From the NCBI GenBank assembly GCA_963754945.1, contig CAVWIG010000017.1, forward strand, positions 160,001 to 224,000: a DNA stretch of 64,000 nucleotides, written 5' to 3'. This document shows positions 10,588 to 21,403 of the stretch, piece by piece; position 1 is the first letter of the stretch, and each line of letters opens with the position of its first letter. A program made the translations under genes and the position numbers. The notes under the pieces were generated by a model. That model had not been told where the DNA came from. It made no database searches and worked only from the letters and a program-made list of their open reading frames with translations. Source of the DNA: Methanotrichaceae archaeon (GTDB taxonomy: Archaea > Halobacteriota > Methanosarcinia > Methanotrichales > Methanotrichaceae).

Positions 10588-11858
10588 GGCAGTGTAACGA
10601 TTTTTCTGTACTTTGATAATAAGAATGATTATCGGCCCTGTATCCTATCCAATCTTGAGAAAAGGAGGACACAGGACCATGATACCCATAGCACTCTTGG
10701 AAGATTACCTTATCGATCAGGAAGATGGACTAAAGAAGCTTCTGACCTGGTTCTTGAACCTTGTAATGCAGCTAGAAGCGGCGCAACAGGCAGATGCAGA
10801 ACCGTATCAGAGAGTCGAATCCCGAAAGGCACATAGGAATGGCTACAAGGAAAGATCTCTGAAGACGCGAGTTGGAGAGCTCCGACTCAAGAAACCTCAA
10901 TTCCGTGAAATTTCCTTCGAAACCAAGGTGTTCGACAGATTTTCGCGCGTAGAGAAGGCTTTGGTCAACGCTGTACTCGAATCGTATCTCCAGGGGGTTT
11001 CAACCAGGAGAATCCAAGATATTGTCTCTCGATTTGGCATCGAGAATTTATCTGCCTCTAGCGTTTCCAGGATATCCAAAGAGCTTGACGAGAAGGTAGA
11101 AGAATTCCTGAAGAAACCTATCGAACGTCCTATTCCTTATCTTTATGTAGATGCAAGCTACTTCAAAGTAAGAACAGAATCAAGATATGTTACCAAAGCT
11201 TTCATGATCGTCACAGGTGTTAGAGATGACGGTTATCGCGAGATACTTGGCGCAAGAATAGCTGACAGTGAAGATGAACTCTTCTGGTCGGGATTATTTC
11301 AAGATCTGGCGGATCGTGGGTTGTCCGGAGTAAAGCTCGTGATATCAGATGGTCATAAGGGAATCCAGAAAGCGGTTGAGAAATCATTTCTTGGTGCTTC
11401 ATGGCAAATGTGTCACGTTCACTTTTCAAGAGCGGTCTTGAGAAACGTTGCCAAGAAGTATCATAAGGAGATCGCCGATAAGATCAAGATCGCTCTGGAA
11501 GACGAAATCAAGATACAGGACTTAGCGAAAGAATTGAGGGAAAGAGGTTATGCGAAATCTGCTGACACTATCGACCGCTTCAGATTCAGTCTGTGGAATT
11601 ACAGGGCATTCCCCAGAGGTCACTGGAGAAGGATTCGGACTACAAACGGGCTGGAGAGGATCAACAAGGAGCTGAAAAGAAGATCCAGGGTAGTCGGTGC
11701 CTTCCCAAGTGAGAGCTCGTTCATGAGGTTAGGGGTTTCGATCCTCATCGATATCAACGAAGAATGGCTGACCGCTAAAAAGTATTTATCTATGGATGCT
11801 GATTGAGTATGTTGGGATACAGGGCAACTCCAAATTACAGAAATCTCGGCACACTACC
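10588..11858 (+). mobile_element. IS256-family insertion sequence
   Basis: Imperfect ~28-bp TIRs (GGCAGTGTAACGATTTTTCTGTACTTTG vs GGTAGTGTGCCGAGATTTCTGTAATTTG) and 8-bp TSD AACAGTAA at 10580-10587 and 11859-11866. Confidence 0.93.
10679..11806 (+). CDS. IS256 (Mutator-family) transposase
   Basis: RNGYKER, YLQGVSTR, LYVDA, VISDGHKG, WQMCHVH, RTTNGLERINKE. Confidence 0.95.
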   Translation: MIPIALLEDYLIDQEDGLKKLLTWFLNLVMQLEAAQQADAEPYQRVESRKAHRNGYKERSLKTRVGELRLKKPQFREISFETKVFDRFSRVEKALVNAVLESYLQGVSTRRIQDIVSRFGIENLSASSVSRISKELDEKVEEFLKKPIERPIPYLYVDASYFKVRTESRYVTKAFMIVTGVRDDGYREILGARIADSEDELFWSGLFQDLADRGLSGVKLVISDGHKGIQKAVEKSFLGASWQMCHVHFSRAVLRNVAKKYHKEIADKIKIALEDEIKIQDLAKELRERGYAKSADTIDRFRFSLWNYRAFPRGHWRRIRTTNGLERINKELKRRSRVVGAFPSESSFMRLGVSILIDINEEWLTAKKYLSMDAD

Positions 11859-12309
11859 AACAGTAAGCTTGAGAATCATACTGGCGACATGTATTCATCA
11901 ATTAAATTGCATCAAGTTTAGCCAGTTTACAGCCTCTAATATCGATCGAACTGTCTTAGCGGTCCTGTCGTCGCCGCCTTCGCTGAAATGTATATATTCT
12001 TACTTAGCAATTCTCAATAGAATCTGCATCCGGACAGCCAGCAACACTAACCGACAGGCAGAACCGGGGATTCGCATCAGATTATTCACAGGGAAATCCA
12101 ATCTGAGATAGGAATGAAAAGGAAGAGTCCTCAAATTTAGAGTATAGGCAACATATCCAAGTAGTTGAATAAAGCTGTTAATAAACACGCATCGCTGATA
12201 TCGGTAAAACGCATGTGAATTGAAACTGGCCTTTGTACTTGTAGTCTGCGGAAGGAATACCAAAAGAAAAAGAGGCATTTGGCGGATCTTTAGGCCGTGA
12301 AGAGAACCC

Positions 12310-13722
12310 TCAAGTCCTCTCCACCTCCTCAACGACAAGCCTGTGAACCTCCGCAGGGTCTGCCCTTCCCTTGGTCTTCTTCATGACCAGGCCGACGACG
12401 TAGTTTAGCGCCCTCTCGTTGCCGCCCCTGAAATCCTCAACGGCAGCCACGCTCTCGGCCACTGCCTCCCTGACAGCCCGGAGAACAGCGTCGTCACCGG
12501 TCCTTGTTAATCCCAGATCGCTGACGATCTGTCCGGGCGATCCTCCCTTGTCCAGGATTGTGCGTATTATCTGCACTGCGGCATCCTCAGCGATTCGTCC
12601 TGAGTCAAGCATGTTTACGATCTCAGCCATGTGATCCGGCTTGAAGCTGTCGACGGCGAGGCTGCGATAATTCAGCTCGCCTTTGAGAACGTCCGCCACC
12701 CACACAGCCGCCAGTTTGGGCGCGGCTCGCGCTGCAACCAGCTCATAGAAGTTGGCCACTTTTATATCCGATGTCAGCGCCTTGGCGTGGTCGTCGGTCA
12801 TGCCGTACTGCTCCCTGAACCGATCTCTCTTAGTATCGGGCAGCTCGGGCAGAGAGGCCTTTATGGCTGGCACCCAAGTTGACACACGCATGGGCACAAG
12901 ATCGGCCTCGGGATAGTAGCGGTAGTCGTGAGCCTGCTCCTTGGACCTGATGGAGACGGTGATGTTTCGGAGCTCGTCGAAGTGCCTTGTCTCCTGGACA
13001 ACCTTGATGTTCCTGCGTTTCAGGTTTCTCTGGCGGGTTATCTCGTAGGACAGAGCCTTCTCCACGCCCTTATGGCTAGAGATGTTCTTGACCTCAGCTC
13101 TGTCGCCTCCGGACAGGGATATGTTCGCGTCCACCCGCATGGACCCTTCAAGGTTGCCGTCGAAGACGTCTAAATACTCTAGAATGGACCGCAGCTTGTC
13201 CAGGAAGACTCTGGCCTCCTTGGGAGAACGCAGATCAGGTTCTGTGACCACTTCCAACAGAGGCATGCCGCACCTGTTGTAATCGACCATGGTGTACTTG
13301 GCCTTGTCAATGGTTCCGGCGTGGACCAGACGTCCTGGGTCCTCCTCCATGTGGGCCCTGGTTATTCTTATCTGCCTCTCTCCATCGTCTCCCTTTATCA
13401 GAAGATGGCCGCCAGTGGCGAGAGGATAGTCGTACTGGCTGATCTGGAAACCTTTCGGCAGATCCGGATAATAGTAGTTCTTCCTGTAGAAGAGGGTCTG
13501 CTCCTCAATCTTGCAGTCCAGGGCCAGACCTACCCGGATTCCGTACTCCACTGCTTTCTTATTGAGGACCGGCAGGGATCCGGGCAGCCCCAGGCAGACT
13601 GGGCAAGTGTGGGTGTTTGGCTCGTCGGCATGGTATTTGGTCGAACATCCGCAGAACATCTTGGAGTTCAGCTTGTTTAGCTGGACGTGGATCTCCAGGC
13701 CTATTATGACATCCGTCTCCAT
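12310..13722 (-). CDS. gatB: Asp/Glu-tRNA amidotransferase subunit B
   Basis: IGLEIHVQL, RKNYYYPDLPKGFQISQ, HMEED, DYRYYPE, Yqey-like C-terminus. Confidence 0.97.
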   Translation of the reverse strand: METDVIIGLEIHVQLNKLNSKMFCGCSTKYHADEPNTHTCPVCLGLPGSLPVLNKKAVEYGIRVGLALDCKIEEQTLFYRKNYYYPDLPKGFQISQYDYPLATGGHLLIKGDDGERQIRITRAHMEEDPGRLVHAGTIDKAKYTMVDYNRCGMPLLEVVTEPDLRSPKEARVFLDKLRSILEYLDVFDGNLEGSMRVDANISLSGGDRAEVKNISSHKGVEKALSYEITRQRNLKRRNIKVVQETRHFDELRNITVSIRSKEQAHDYRYYPEADLVPMRVSTWVPAIKASLPELPDTKRDRFREQYGMTDDHAKALTSDIKVANFYELVAARAAPKLAAVWVADVLKGELNYRSLAVDSFKPDHMAEIVNMLDSGRIAEDAAVQIIRTILDKGGSPGQIVSDLGLTRTGDDAVLRAVREAVAESVAAVEDFRGGNERALNYVVGLVMKKTKGRADPAEVHRLVVEEVERT

Positions 13723-15141
13723 TTAGACCGCCTCCGGTCTCTTGAGATGGAAAGGAGTGGCTTCCTCGAAGGCGTTGGCTGCACGCAGCAACAGGTCCTC
13801 CTGGAAATGCCTTCCTATGAGCTGAAGTCCAATTGGCAGGTGCCCTGCAAATCCGCAGGGCAGGGAAGCCGCCGGAACTCCGGCCAGGTTGATTGGCACG
13901 GTGAAGACGTCAGCCAGATAAAGCGATAGCGGATCGTTGATGCGCTCGCCAATTCTGAAGGCGGGGATCGGCATGGTGGGACCGGCGATGAGGTCAACGT
14001 CTTTGAAGGCGCGCAGGAAGTCGTCCTTTATCAGAGTCCTCACCTTGAGGGCCTTGAGATAGTAACGGCCGTAATATCCCGCAGACAGGGCATAGGTGCC
14101 GAGGAGTATCCTTCTCTTGACCTCCGGACCGAACCCTTCCGCCCGGATCTCCGAGTAGGTTGTGTGCCAGTCCTGGTCCTCCTCTTTTCGCAGGCCGTAG
14201 CGCAGACCATCGAAGCGGGCAAGGTTAGAGGAGGCCTCGCTCATGGCTATTACGTAGTAAGCGGCTAAAGCGTAGCGGGTGTGGGGCAAGCTTACCTCTT
14301 TCCAAGCCGCCCCCAGGCCCTCAAGTGTCGAGATGGCATTCCATACGGCCTTCTCTACCTTTTTGTCAACTCCCTCTCCGAAATACTCCTTGGGAATCCC
14401 TATCTTGAGTCCCTGGACGCCCTTCTTCAATCCAGGAAGGTAGCTTCCCTTCTCAGCGGAGGTTGTGTCCCTCCAGTCGTGACCTGCCATGATCTCCATG
14501 AGAAGAGCAGTATCCTCCACCGTGTTTGTGAGGGGTCCAATCTGCTCAAGTGAGTTGGCGTAGGCAATGAGCCCGTACCTTGAGACAAGGCCGTAGGTGG
14601 GCTTAAGGCCAACTATGCCGCAGAATGAGGCCGGGCAGCGGACAGAACCGCCTGTGTCAGAGCCCAAGGCGCAGGGCGCTTCGCCTCCTGCAACCGCAGC
14701 CGCACTTCCGCCACTGGACCCTCCAGGAACTGTGTCCAGGTCCCAGGGGTTGCGCGTAGGCCCAAAGCAGCTCGTCTCAGTAGAGGTTCCCATGGCGAAC
14801 TCGTCCATGTTTGTCTTGCCCATGACTATCGCACCCTCGGCTTTGAGCCGCTCGACGACGTGGGCATCGTACGGCGGTACATATCCTCTAAGGATCTTAG
14901 AGCTACACGTCGTCTCTATGCCTCTGGTGGAGATGCATTCCTTGATGGCGATAGGTACACCGGCAAGAAGGCCCTGCCACGGTTTGCGGTCGAACTCTCT
15001 GGCCCGAGCGAGTGCGTTGTCCTTGGCCAGGATGGTGAAGGCATTGAGCTTGCTATGCTCGATCTTATCGAACAGCTTTTGAAGGTATTCTTCCGAAGAT
15101 CCGGCAGCAAGTTGATCTTTGAGCTGTGTAAGCATGATCAC
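13723..15141 (-). CDS. gatA: Asp/Glu-tRNA amidotransferase subunit A
   Basis: Amidase signature GGSSGGSAAAV, GSDTGGSVR, SSNLARFDGLRYG, EVKRRILLGT. Confidence 0.97.
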   Translation of the reverse strand: MIMLTQLKDQLAAGSSEEYLQKLFDKIEHSKLNAFTILAKDNALARAREFDRKPWQGLLAGVPIAIKECISTRGIETTCSSKILRGYVPPYDAHVVERLKAEGAIVMGKTNMDEFAMGTSTETSCFGPTRNPWDLDTVPGGSSGGSAAAVAGGEAPCALGSDTGGSVRCPASFCGIVGLKPTYGLVSRYGLIAYANSLEQIGPLTNTVEDTALLMEIMAGHDWRDTTSAEKGSYLPGLKKGVQGLKIGIPKEYFGEGVDKKVEKAVWNAISTLEGLGAAWKEVSLPHTRYALAAYYVIAMSEASSNLARFDGLRYGLRKEEDQDWHTTYSEIRAEGFGPEVKRRILLGTYALSAGYYGRYYLKALKVRTLIKDDFLRAFKDVDLIAGPTMPIPAFRIGERINDPLSLYLADVFTVPINLAGVPAASLPCGFAGHLPIGLQLIGRHFQEDLLLRAANAFEEATPFHLKRPEAV

Positions 15142-15419
15142 ACTATCCTGGGACTCTTGAAGTAGCCGTTCTCTATCTTAGGCGCGTTCTTGAGCGCCTC
15201 TTCCTTAGTAAGCGATTTGCAGGCAACGTCATCCCGAAAGACGTTGGCCAGGTCGACCACGCGGTAAGTGGGCTCTATCCCCTCGGTGTCTACCTCGTCA
15301 AGCTGGTGGAAGTAATCCAGAATGGAATTGAACTGGTCCACGAACTTCTCCTTCTCCTCATCGCTGATCTTGATGCTGGCAAGCCAGCTAATGTGCTCCA
15401 CATCTTCCCTGGTGATCAT
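15138..15419 (-). CDS. gatC: Asp/Glu-tRNA amidotransferase subunit C
   Basis: ITREDVEHISWLA...VDTEGIEPT...RDD...NAP...YFKSPRIV; overlaps gatA start. Confidence 0.95.
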   Translation of the reverse strand: MITREDVEHISWLASIKISDEEKEKFVDQFNSILDYFHQLDEVDTEGIEPTYRVVDLANVFRDDVACKSLTKEEALKNAPKIENGYFKSPRIV

Positions 15420-15737
15420 AATGTCCTCTCGCAATATTCTCGCAATGATCGGGTTTATTTATTGTATGCTATGACCTTGAATCTAACGCTATGCTATAAT
15501 AGACCGGCAAACCATTTCATAAGATATAAAGGCTCTTCAGCCCCCCATAGTTGGAAGTGTTTGCAGTTCCTGGCCAAGACTCAACAACTGTTAACGTTGG
15601 ATGCGAGTCTTCGACGAATATCGGAGTGGGCACCGAACTTGTGTTCTGGGAAGCTCAATGCAAGTACTTCAACAAAATAAAAGAGAAAGAAACAGGCTAC
15701 ATTGCCCAGGTTATACACTGACGGGGCTTCTTTAGCG

Positions 15738-16286
15738 CTAACTTAGCTGGCGCTGGACTTTCCTACCTCCGGACAAAATCCCTGCCAGAGACGCTCCTCC
15801 TTTGGAGCTGTAGGCATTGAAGTTCCCGGAAACGGCGTTGGTATTTGCATTGTTGACGACCAACCTGTAGAGACTGACATCGTCAAGAGAAATGGCCGCC
15901 AGATTCATGCTGTTCCCCTCTGCAATGGAGCCGTAAGCTGTGATGGCCTGGTCCTGTTTGCCATAGGACATTATGGTGCCCTTTCCAAAGACCATATTGC
16001 CGACCTGGAACAGCAACAAGTCTACGCTTGCCACAGGTTTATTTGCATAATCTCTAAGATCGAAGGACCAGGCGCCAGATGCATTAAACGCCGCTATGCC
16101 GCCCGCCACGCCGAGACCACCCACCTTTGCCAGGAACTCCGCAGTGTGTTCGGTGCTCACTATGTTCATATTTTCCGGACTCAGGTCCAATGGAGCCGGA
16201 CCAGAAGTATTTATGAATACAGGTGCCGCCTGGGCTACAAAGCAGCCCAGAAGCACCGCTGAAAATAATACTCCGATAGATTTCAT
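15738..16286 (-). CDS. secreted hypothetical protein
   Basis: Signal-peptide-like N-terminus (VAQA), beta-rich body, upstream GGAGGT. Confidence 0.7.
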   Translation of the reverse strand: MKSIGVLFSAVLLGCFVAQAAPVFINTSGPAPLDLSPENMNIVSTEHTAEFLAKVGGLGVAGGIAAFNASGAWSFDLRDYANKPVASVDLLLFQVGNMVFGKGTIMSYGKQDQAITAYGSIAEGNSMNLAAISLDDVSLYRLVVNNANTNAVSGNFNAYSSKGGASLAGILSGGRKVQRQLS

Positions 16287-16565
16287 CTCATCTAACCTCC
16301 CCAAAGTCTATGAGTCTTATACCAACAGGAATGCCTATATTTCGCGGATAAATCTAACGCCTAAGGGTCGCCACCTTTGATGGGCTGTTCTTCGGTCTAA
16401 GCTGCTTATGTTCTGGCCAAGCTATGACAATGACCATCTTCAGAGTATAGCCTACATGATTCTTATGATTGCTTTCTGGTAACGAAAAACTCACTATTTC
16501 TATGTTCGCGTCCGAAAAATAAGATTCGGCACGTGAGGGAATTTCGTACTACATTTTATAGTAGC

Positions 16566-16952
16566 TCATCTCTGGCTAATAGATTTATGAACTTTTGTAG
16601 CTAGACGTAGTGCATGCATGGTCAAATAAACGGCTAAAAGTGTAAGTGAAGTAAGGATTATAGGGGCAATATGTAGAAAATTCTCTACTGGTATCCCTCG
16701 ATTGAGCCCTGTAATTCCAGCACCAGCGTTCCCGAATAGAATCAGTACGGCCAACAATCCTGCAAGCCATCCAGTTACAATAACTGCTATGACGATACAT
16801 AAAGTAAGGAAAAGATGGCTTTTAACCAGTAGCATATTCTTTGAATTCGCGTGCCCTGATATGATATTAATAACCTCGTTTACTGGCATCCACAAGGCTA
16901 TCAGCATATAGAACAAACCACCTATCCCTGTTCCCGGAAGTCCTGCAATCAT
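16566..16952 (-). CDS. small membrane protein (about 3 TM), coupled to GT2
   Basis: AGLPGTGIGGLFY N-terminus, hydrophobic helices, starts next to the GT2 stop. Confidence 0.7.
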   Translation of the reverse strand: MIAGLPGTGIGGLFYMLIALWMPVNEVINIISGHANSKNMLLVKSHLFLTLCIVIAVIVTGWLAGLLAVLILFGNAGAGITGLNRGIPVENFLHIAPIILTSLTLLAVYLTMHALRLATKVHKSISQR

Positions 16953-16953
16953 T

Positions 16954-18096
16954 TTAATGCCCCTTCTCATATGTCTGGAATTTCTTATTGAGAATTATCT
17001 CGCTAAATAAAGCCTCTAAGATGAACAATGCATTGACGGTTCTCAGTACAAAGAATGACGGAATGCTCGCTAAAGCTTTCCGAACCTCTTTCCGTTCCTT
17101 AGCTTTGAATAAAACAGGAACTAGCACGACTGGAATGTCAATTACGTAGGCGAGCAGTAAGATTGGATTTGATAGTAGTATGGCTAGGAGTGGTAATATG
17201 ATGAGATAAGCAAAAGAGGCAATCACTGCATCCCACAGAGATACTGCGATAAATGACCGAAGATAGGGTATTTCGAGGATTTCTGCCCAATGGAGTTTAA
17301 TATTTTGGACATAGCCATGTGACCAACGTCGAAGTTGTTTATTCATGAAATCAAAATTTTTGGGCTCAATGGGATAACAAACCGCTTCCGGACAAAACCG
17401 CACGCTATATCCCGAATTGTAAAAACTCCATGTCAGATCCATATCCTCAGCAAGAGTCCGGGTTGACCATCCGCCCATCTCTTTAAGTTTATCCGTTCGG
17501 TACATCGAAAAACAGCCCGATGATATAAGTGGTTTCTTGTAATAGTCCTGTATGGGTTTGTACCATGTGAAAGCTAAAAGATATTCTATATACCGTCCTC
17601 TTTCCCAAAGAGTTTTTACGTACCTTGGAATTACGAAGCCACATGCTGCGACTACTCGAGGGTCGTGGAATGCCTGGCTAAGTTTCTCTATAGCATCGGG
17701 TGCCAGTATGGTATCAGCATCAATTGCCATTGTGAACTCGGTATGCACATTCGGCAATGCAAAACTCTGTGCACCTGCCTTTGATCCAGTATTATTGATA
17801 GGTCTTATAGTGGTTACACCCATGGACATAGCTATGTCACCAGTTCCATCGGTGGAACAATCATCGATAACCACAATTTCTTTGGCTGACACGGTTTGAG
17901 CTTTTAGGCTGAGAATGGTATCCCCGATGCTTTCTTTCTCGTTGTGAGCAGGGATTAATATCGTAAGATCGCCAATTTTTTTCTTTGAGTTAGAATTAAG
18001 ATAATTAATTCGGTTTCGATCAATTTTGAGGCTATCTTTGATAATTTTAGACTCCTCTGTCCTACTATTTCCGAATTTATTTTCTGCTTTCATCAT
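16954..18096 (-). CDS. processive GT2 glycosyltransferase (PgaC/IcaA-like)
   Basis: IPAHNE, DDCSTD, DAD, AEDMDLT and QLRRW motifs plus C-terminal TM helices. Confidence 0.88.
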   Translation of the reverse strand: MMKAENKFGNSRTEESKIIKDSLKIDRNRINYLNSNSKKKIGDLTILIPAHNEKESIGDTILSLKAQTVSAKEIVVIDDCSTDGTGDIAMSMGVTTIRPINNTGSKAGAQSFALPNVHTEFTMAIDADTILAPDAIEKLSQAFHDPRVVAACGFVIPRYVKTLWERGRYIEYLLAFTWYKPIQDYYKKPLISSGCFSMYRTDKLKEMGGWSTRTLAEDMDLTWSFYNSGYSVRFCPEAVCYPIEPKNFDFMNKQLRRWSHGYVQNIKLHWAEILEIPYLRSFIAVSLWDAVIASFAYLIILPLLAILLSNPILLLAYVIDIPVVLVPVLFKAKERKEVRKALASIPSFFVLRTVNALFILEALFSEIILNKKFQTYEKGH

Positions 18097-18274
18097 AGAC
18101 TCCCCCACCTGAATGAAAATATATTTACGACATTTGTCGAATTAGAGCTAGTTGAATATTAATCTTTCGCCGTAAAATCGTTCACAGTCATCCGTGAGGA
18201 TATGTACTGAAAGGACAATTCAACATCTCAAAATTAAAAATATGTTATGATACCTGAACCTTTATTTTTAAGTG

Positions 18275-18857
18275 AATACCCCGCACTTGCTGCGGGGATG
18301 AGCATGAAAACCGACTTAAGGGTAGTTGCATATTCGGTTTATGGTTAAATTAGGAAGGACGAATCATTGCGTGTACAAAATTAGGTATCACATGGTTCTA
18401 TGTATAAAGGATAGAAAGAAATTACTTTCTGGAAATAATAAGATTGAATATTTCAAGTATATTTGCTCAGAATTGGGAGAACGATATCAATTTGTATTTG
18501 ATGCCATTGGGACTGATGGAGATCACATACATATTTTCGTTGGAGCAGCTCCAAAGCATTCGCCATCAAGGATTATGCAAATAATAAAAAGCATAACCGC
18601 AAGAGAAATTTTCAAAAGATTTCCTGAAATCAAAAAAAGCACTTTGGGGCAGCGAATTTTGGAGCGATGGGGAATATATTGGGACGGTTGGTGATGGGAT
18701 ATTATCGGACATAATTCGCAATTATGTCGAAATGCAAGGAACAAAGGAAGAAAAAGAAGGATTTATGCAAATGAGTTTGCTTGAATTCGATTAACTTGGC
18801 GGCGGCGGGAACATGCCCCGCCTGCTTGCAGCGGGGTCCGCCGCCGCAACGTTTGAC
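18275..18857 (+). mobile_element. IS200/IS605-family element (tnpA only)
   Basis: Left hairpin CCCCGCACTTGCTGCGGGG (18279-18297), right nested hairpin 18799-18847, Y1 transposase in between; exact ends approximate. Confidence 0.85.
18341..18794 (+). pseudogene. tnpA: IS200 Y1 HUH transposase, frameshifted at A7 run (~18632-18638)
   Basis: YHMVLCIK.RK, HUH motif DHIH, IIKSITAREIF; shifted frame gives LWGSEFWSDG..GTVG...IRNYVEMQG with the catalytic Tyr. Confidence 0.88.
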
Positions 18858-19198
18858 TTTTCTGACAAAAATATAAGCTAGGCTACTATTTTAGATTATC
18901 TTTTCCGCTACATATTCCGACAGAATTATATAATGTTAATTTTATATCATAGCAATTTTATATTATATTTTAAACATAAATATGAACACATATTAATCAA
19001 TGGAAAACCATCTTGCCGAATTGCGCCTAAAGCACCTAGAATGTCAGGTTGGCCAGAAGAGTAGTTAAGCCGATCTTGAGGCCATGAAGCATACTCTTAT
19101 TCACTGTGCTATGGTGCTTTCCGCCCAATAGCCATGAACAACAGTGTAGACACGTCCTCTAAACTGAACGATAGCAGGTTAGACATAATCCCTTAAAA

Positions 19199-20338
19199 TC
19201 ATCCCGTTGCTATGACATCGCCGTGTGCATCCCTGAAAGCCTGGTCCTTCATCTGGCATGAGCACCTCCCTCTAAACCACCGGTACCCAGACATCTCCTT
19301 CCAGATCCCTTTGAGGCTCTTCTCCTTTATGTTGCCGAAGCGCAACGGCATGTAAGCGCAGGGAAGGGCATCGCCTGAAGAATCCACATGAATCCACCTT
19401 CGCCCGGCGAAACAGCCGAACATGTCCGGCGATAGAATGTAGGGCAAGGCGGTGACTCGTGGCCCAGGGCCTCTGTTCTTCGCTTTGTGAAATGTTTCGA
19501 GCCTTTTGACGTCGTTTTTGGACAGCACCTCATCCTGGTGAGAGGCCCATCTTCCAACAGCCACTATTTCGTACAGCGAAAGCTCGTGGACTCCCAGCTC
19601 GGAGGCCAAGGCATGAGCATCCTCCAGATGATCGATGTTCGAAGGAGAGGTCACCATGAACATGTCCACCAGCAGACCTGCATCCAGGGCATTCCTGATT
19701 CCGGAAAGAGCATCCTTGAAAGCTCCCTTCCGGCCTCTGACCCTATCGTGCTCGGCCTCGTGTGGGCTATCAATGCTGATTCTCACCGCATAAAGCCCGG
19801 CCTGCTTGAGCCTGTTAGCAAGGTCGGAAGTTAAGTGATAGCCGCTGGTGAAGGCTGCTGAGATGGCCCTGTGGTCTACTTGAGAGACCATCTCAGGAAG
19901 CTCTTCTCTCAGCATTGTCTCGCCTCCATCGAAGGTTATCAGGTACGAGCCCAAGTCCAGGGCCTCACCAATGGCTTTTTCGATGATCTCCCGGCTCAGG
20001 TTCTCCCCAATCCTCGAAGGCGCACTGCAGTGGATGCAGTCGTTGGGACAGGCACGCATGATTGCTATTGAAAACTGGTCCGGAATCCTTCTCCCTGTAA
20101 AGACTCCGATCTGTGCAGAGATCATCCGATCAAATGCGATGCTTGGAGCCGGTGGTATCCAGGTGGAGAAAATGAATTTGTCCGGGCCGGAGCTTATTGG
20201 TTTTTCGTCAGCAAAAACTAGATTGATCCTGTCTATGACAGGCTTTGCGACTGGGGCCAGAGGGCCTTTGGGAACCAGCGTTATGCCGTTCTCAGCTCTG
20301 GCCTCAATCCTCAGCAGAGGCTTACTTGCGATCTGCAT
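19199..20338 (-). CDS. radical SAM protein with SPASM/twitch domain
   Basis: CPNDCIHC motif, FDGGE, ISIDS..HD.VRG, C-terminal CFAG...PCAY...C. Confidence 0.9.
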   Translation of the reverse strand: MQIASKPLLRIEARAENGITLVPKGPLAPVAKPVIDRINLVFADEKPISSGPDKFIFSTWIPPAPSIAFDRMISAQIGVFTGRRIPDQFSIAIMRACPNDCIHCSAPSRIGENLSREIIEKAIGEALDLGSYLITFDGGETMLREELPEMVSQVDHRAISAAFTSGYHLTSDLANRLKQAGLYAVRISIDSPHEAEHDRVRGRKGAFKDALSGIRNALDAGLLVDMFMVTSPSNIDHLEDAHALASELGVHELSLYEIVAVGRWASHQDEVLSKNDVKRLETFHKAKNRGPGPRVTALPYILSPDMFGCFAGRRWIHVDSSGDALPCAYMPLRFGNIKEKSLKGIWKEMSGYRWFRGRCSCQMKDQAFRDAHGDVIATG

Positions 20339-21181
20339 TGGTCCAACCCCTGTAAGGTCATACGGTCTATCAGCTCGCGCAGTCGATCCTTGATCTTTGG
20401 GTTGCCGAAGCTCTCGTCGAGAGCCAATTTTGCCTCGCTGCAGTTATCATCGATGGCCTTGGTGCACATCTGAACGGCGGTCTCTGTCGTGTGTTGCTGG
20501 CCATAAATCTTTGGAAGGGTAACCGAAGCCTTGCCCGAAGCCTTTCCCTGGTCAATGCCAAGGTGCTCCTCGAGATCGTCCAGAATCTGATAGGCCATCC
20601 CCAAATGCATACCATACCTCTGGAGCCTGGCAACCTCTTCCGCAGGGGCGCGGGCGATAAGACAACCTATGCAGGCCGAGGCAGCGAATAGGGATGCAGT
20701 CTTTCTGGAGATGCAGGCGTAGTATTCTTCATAGGATGACGCTCTGGACAGGTCGAGCATCTCACCTTCAGACATGTTCATGCACGCATTGGCAAAAGTC
20801 GTGATGACAGGCTGGCTGTAGTGAGAGATCAGCTCAATTGACTTCGAGATGAGGTAATCGCCAGCAAGTAGAGCAGCCTCCGGGCCGTACCGCTCCAGGG
20901 TGCTTGGAGAGCCGCGCCTCATCTTGCCGGCGTCAAGTATATCGTCGTGGACCAGAGATGCAGCGTGCACAAGCTCCACAGCCAGGGCGGCGTTTGCAGC
21001 CTCGTTGGGCATCTCCGCCGAAAGCCTGAGAGGAGAAGATAAGGATCAGCGGCCGGACCCTTTTGCCGGGGTTTGTCAGGACGTAGCTTATGACCTCTCC
21101 CAGGTCAGACTTAGGCAGGCCGCCAACCAGCCTTGAAATCTCCCTGTTGATCAGGCGATACTCGTCCCAGCCAGCAAACAT
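20311..21181 (-). CDS. polyprenyl diphosphate synthase (geranylfarnesyl-PP synthase-like), apparent frameshift near 21008
   Basis: GKRVRP in ORF 20933-21181; SLVHDDILD..RRG, GDYL, KTASLF, YQILDD in ORF 20311-21012; removing one base joins them. Confidence 0.85.
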
Positions 21182-21403
21182 CGAATCGTTAACTGAACGG
21201 GAGGATATTTAGCTTTTGCTAATTAGATATTCATCTTTGAAATATTTTTCAGTTAAAGATAAAAAGCTTTGGTTAGGATTATCGAATAGACTTTGGTTTC
21301 CTTTAGGCTCTTTAAGCTTTCTCCTTCTTTGCGGCCAAAAATTTATAATCTTCACCTCCCTTTCAGAAATGTTGAAAAAGGAATCCCCAAAGGAGGAAAA
21401 AAT

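Noticed and set aside
18794-18860. TnpB/IscB omega-RNA locus at the IS200 right end
   Set aside because: No tnpB or iscB ORF follows tnpA; the hairpin is explained as a transposon end
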